Origin: Felis catus | Lineage: Eukaryota | Direction of reading: 5' to 3' | Length of the DNA: 64,000 nucleotides | Assembly (NCBI RefSeq): GCF_018350175.1 | Contig: NC_058383.1 | Location: forward strand, 3,162,001 to 3,226,000 | In this document: in pieces, positions 62,793-64,000 of the stretch | Layout: every line of letters starts with the position of its first letter | Numbering within the stretch: position 1 is the first letter of the stretch | The notes under the pieces: model-generated | Database searches by the model: none | The model's input: the letters and a program-made list of their open reading frames with translations, nothing else | Told to the model about the DNA's origin: nothing | Program-made: the position numbers and the translations under genes

Positions 62793-63816
62793 GTCCTCCC
62801 TATCACCTGTATGAATGACTGAATTGGGTTCTGAATCCCTTTAACCTGTCTGGGGGATGCTGACAGAGACTGACGTCTGTGGCATTTCTCTTTGCTTCAT
62901 GGGAAGCATTTGGTTTTCAAACAAATACAGTTTCAGCCATCCACCATGGAAAGCAATACGCTTTACCTTCTCAGAAATTGGTATCTTTGCCAGATTATTT
63001 CTTGACAGTTTTCTGTATTTTCCAAGTTTTCTAAGAGAATTACACATCGATTTTATAATCTGAAAACTAGTTCTCAAAGTTGGAGGTATTTTTCCAGGGT
63101 TTCTAATCCTCTAAACTCTCTATTCTTTGAGCTCTTAAAATTATTTTGTGGTATTAATATCTAGGTAACTCTGATCCTCAGAGTCTAACAAACCATGACG
63201 GGCCACTAAATGAGATTATTAAATTGTCAAACTCAGGCTTTCCCATCTTAGGGAAGCCTTTTGCCTCTGTGGTAATTCCTCTCTGGAGGGTCCACCAGTG
63301 GAAGGCTCGTGAAGGCTGGAGTGCCCAGATGCTGGTGGGCAAGCTCAGCTCCGTGGGCAGTCCTGTTCCCATGCCTCCACTACTGTTCCTGGAGAAAATC
63401 CCCTCACGAGTGTTCCGTCCCAGTTATTGTGGAGTTACCTGGGCCGCTGCTCTTCATGTGCTGGTTCTCAGGAAATACAGGTGAAACTAAAGGTTTAGAA
63501 AGAGTTCTAGGTGTTTGTTCTTATGCGCTCCTAACAGTGTCTCCTCACTGTTTCGCCTTCTTCAGGCCTTCTTGATTTCTGCTGGGCTGAACCATGTGCA
63601 GCTGCCATTTCCCAGGTCAGAGGCATTGAATGTTGGCAGTTGCATACAGTTCAACCTAATGCTCTGTGTTTTCCCTGAAGCTGTTTGTGGCTTTGCTTGG
63701 ATAGCCTCCCAACCTTCCAAGGAAGCTTCCCTTAGTGTGCACAGGTGGGCTTGTCCCAGGCCTGACGTCTTTCCGTCCTGGACACATACAGGTTGGTCCT
63801 GGCCTTCAGGCTGATG

Positions 63817-64000
63817 TTTTTAGTTTTTATTTTATTTTTTTTTATTTAGGGAGGAAATATTTTATTTTTTATTTTATGTTTTTATTTTGTATATATATAA
63901 CTTATTGTCAGGTTGGCTAACATAGAGTGTATACAGTGTGCTCTTGGCTTCAGAAGTAGATTCCCACGATTCATTGCTTACGTACATCACCCAGTGCTCA
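63817..64000 (-). mobile_element. Felid/carnivore L1 3' end, runs off window end
   Basis: T-rich tail then 'ttggctaacatagagtgtatacagtgtgctcttggcttcagaagtagattccc...cacccagtgctca'. Confidence 0.85.

Noticed and set aside
62161..62814. Longest ORF (217 aa)
   Set aside because: Spans the L1-derived segment and an MLT1 LTR; no recognisable domain or splice context, so most likely a chance ORF in GC-rich repeat DNA.

Overview
Felid (cat-family) nuclear DNA, identified by 21 tRNA-derived CAN-SINE/SINEC_Fc copies and carnivore L1 fragments. The window is non-coding and rich in transposon relics. I found no credible protein-coding exon, RNA gene or CRISPR array, and the supplied ORFs are translations of SINE, L1 or LTR sequence or chance ORFs. 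It contains long degraded L1M elements, younger carnivore L1 3' ends, MIR and L2 fragments, hAT DNA transposons (MER20, MER20B, Charlie1-type) and eight solo LTRs (3 MLT1, 1 MER21, 4 ERV1-like). All eight LTRs lie on the minus strand, which suggests an intron of a + strand gene that I cannot name. The best leads are: (1) a probable LF-SINE-like ancient element at ~52.0-52.5 kb, split by a cat SINE; (2) two ~93% identical young SINEs inserted head-to-head at one TTTTT/AAAA site (33.1-33.6 kb); (3) a solo LTR with a perfect TSD and CCAAT boxes spaced 22 bp apart; (4) a REST/RE1-like site; (5) a strong 78-nt GT-AG intron-like signal pair; (6) a nested hAT/L1 structure with two inverted MER20B ends. 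I cannot support a claim of a new biological system. Repeat family names come from remembered consensus sequences, and boundaries of old repeats are approximate (tens of bp).
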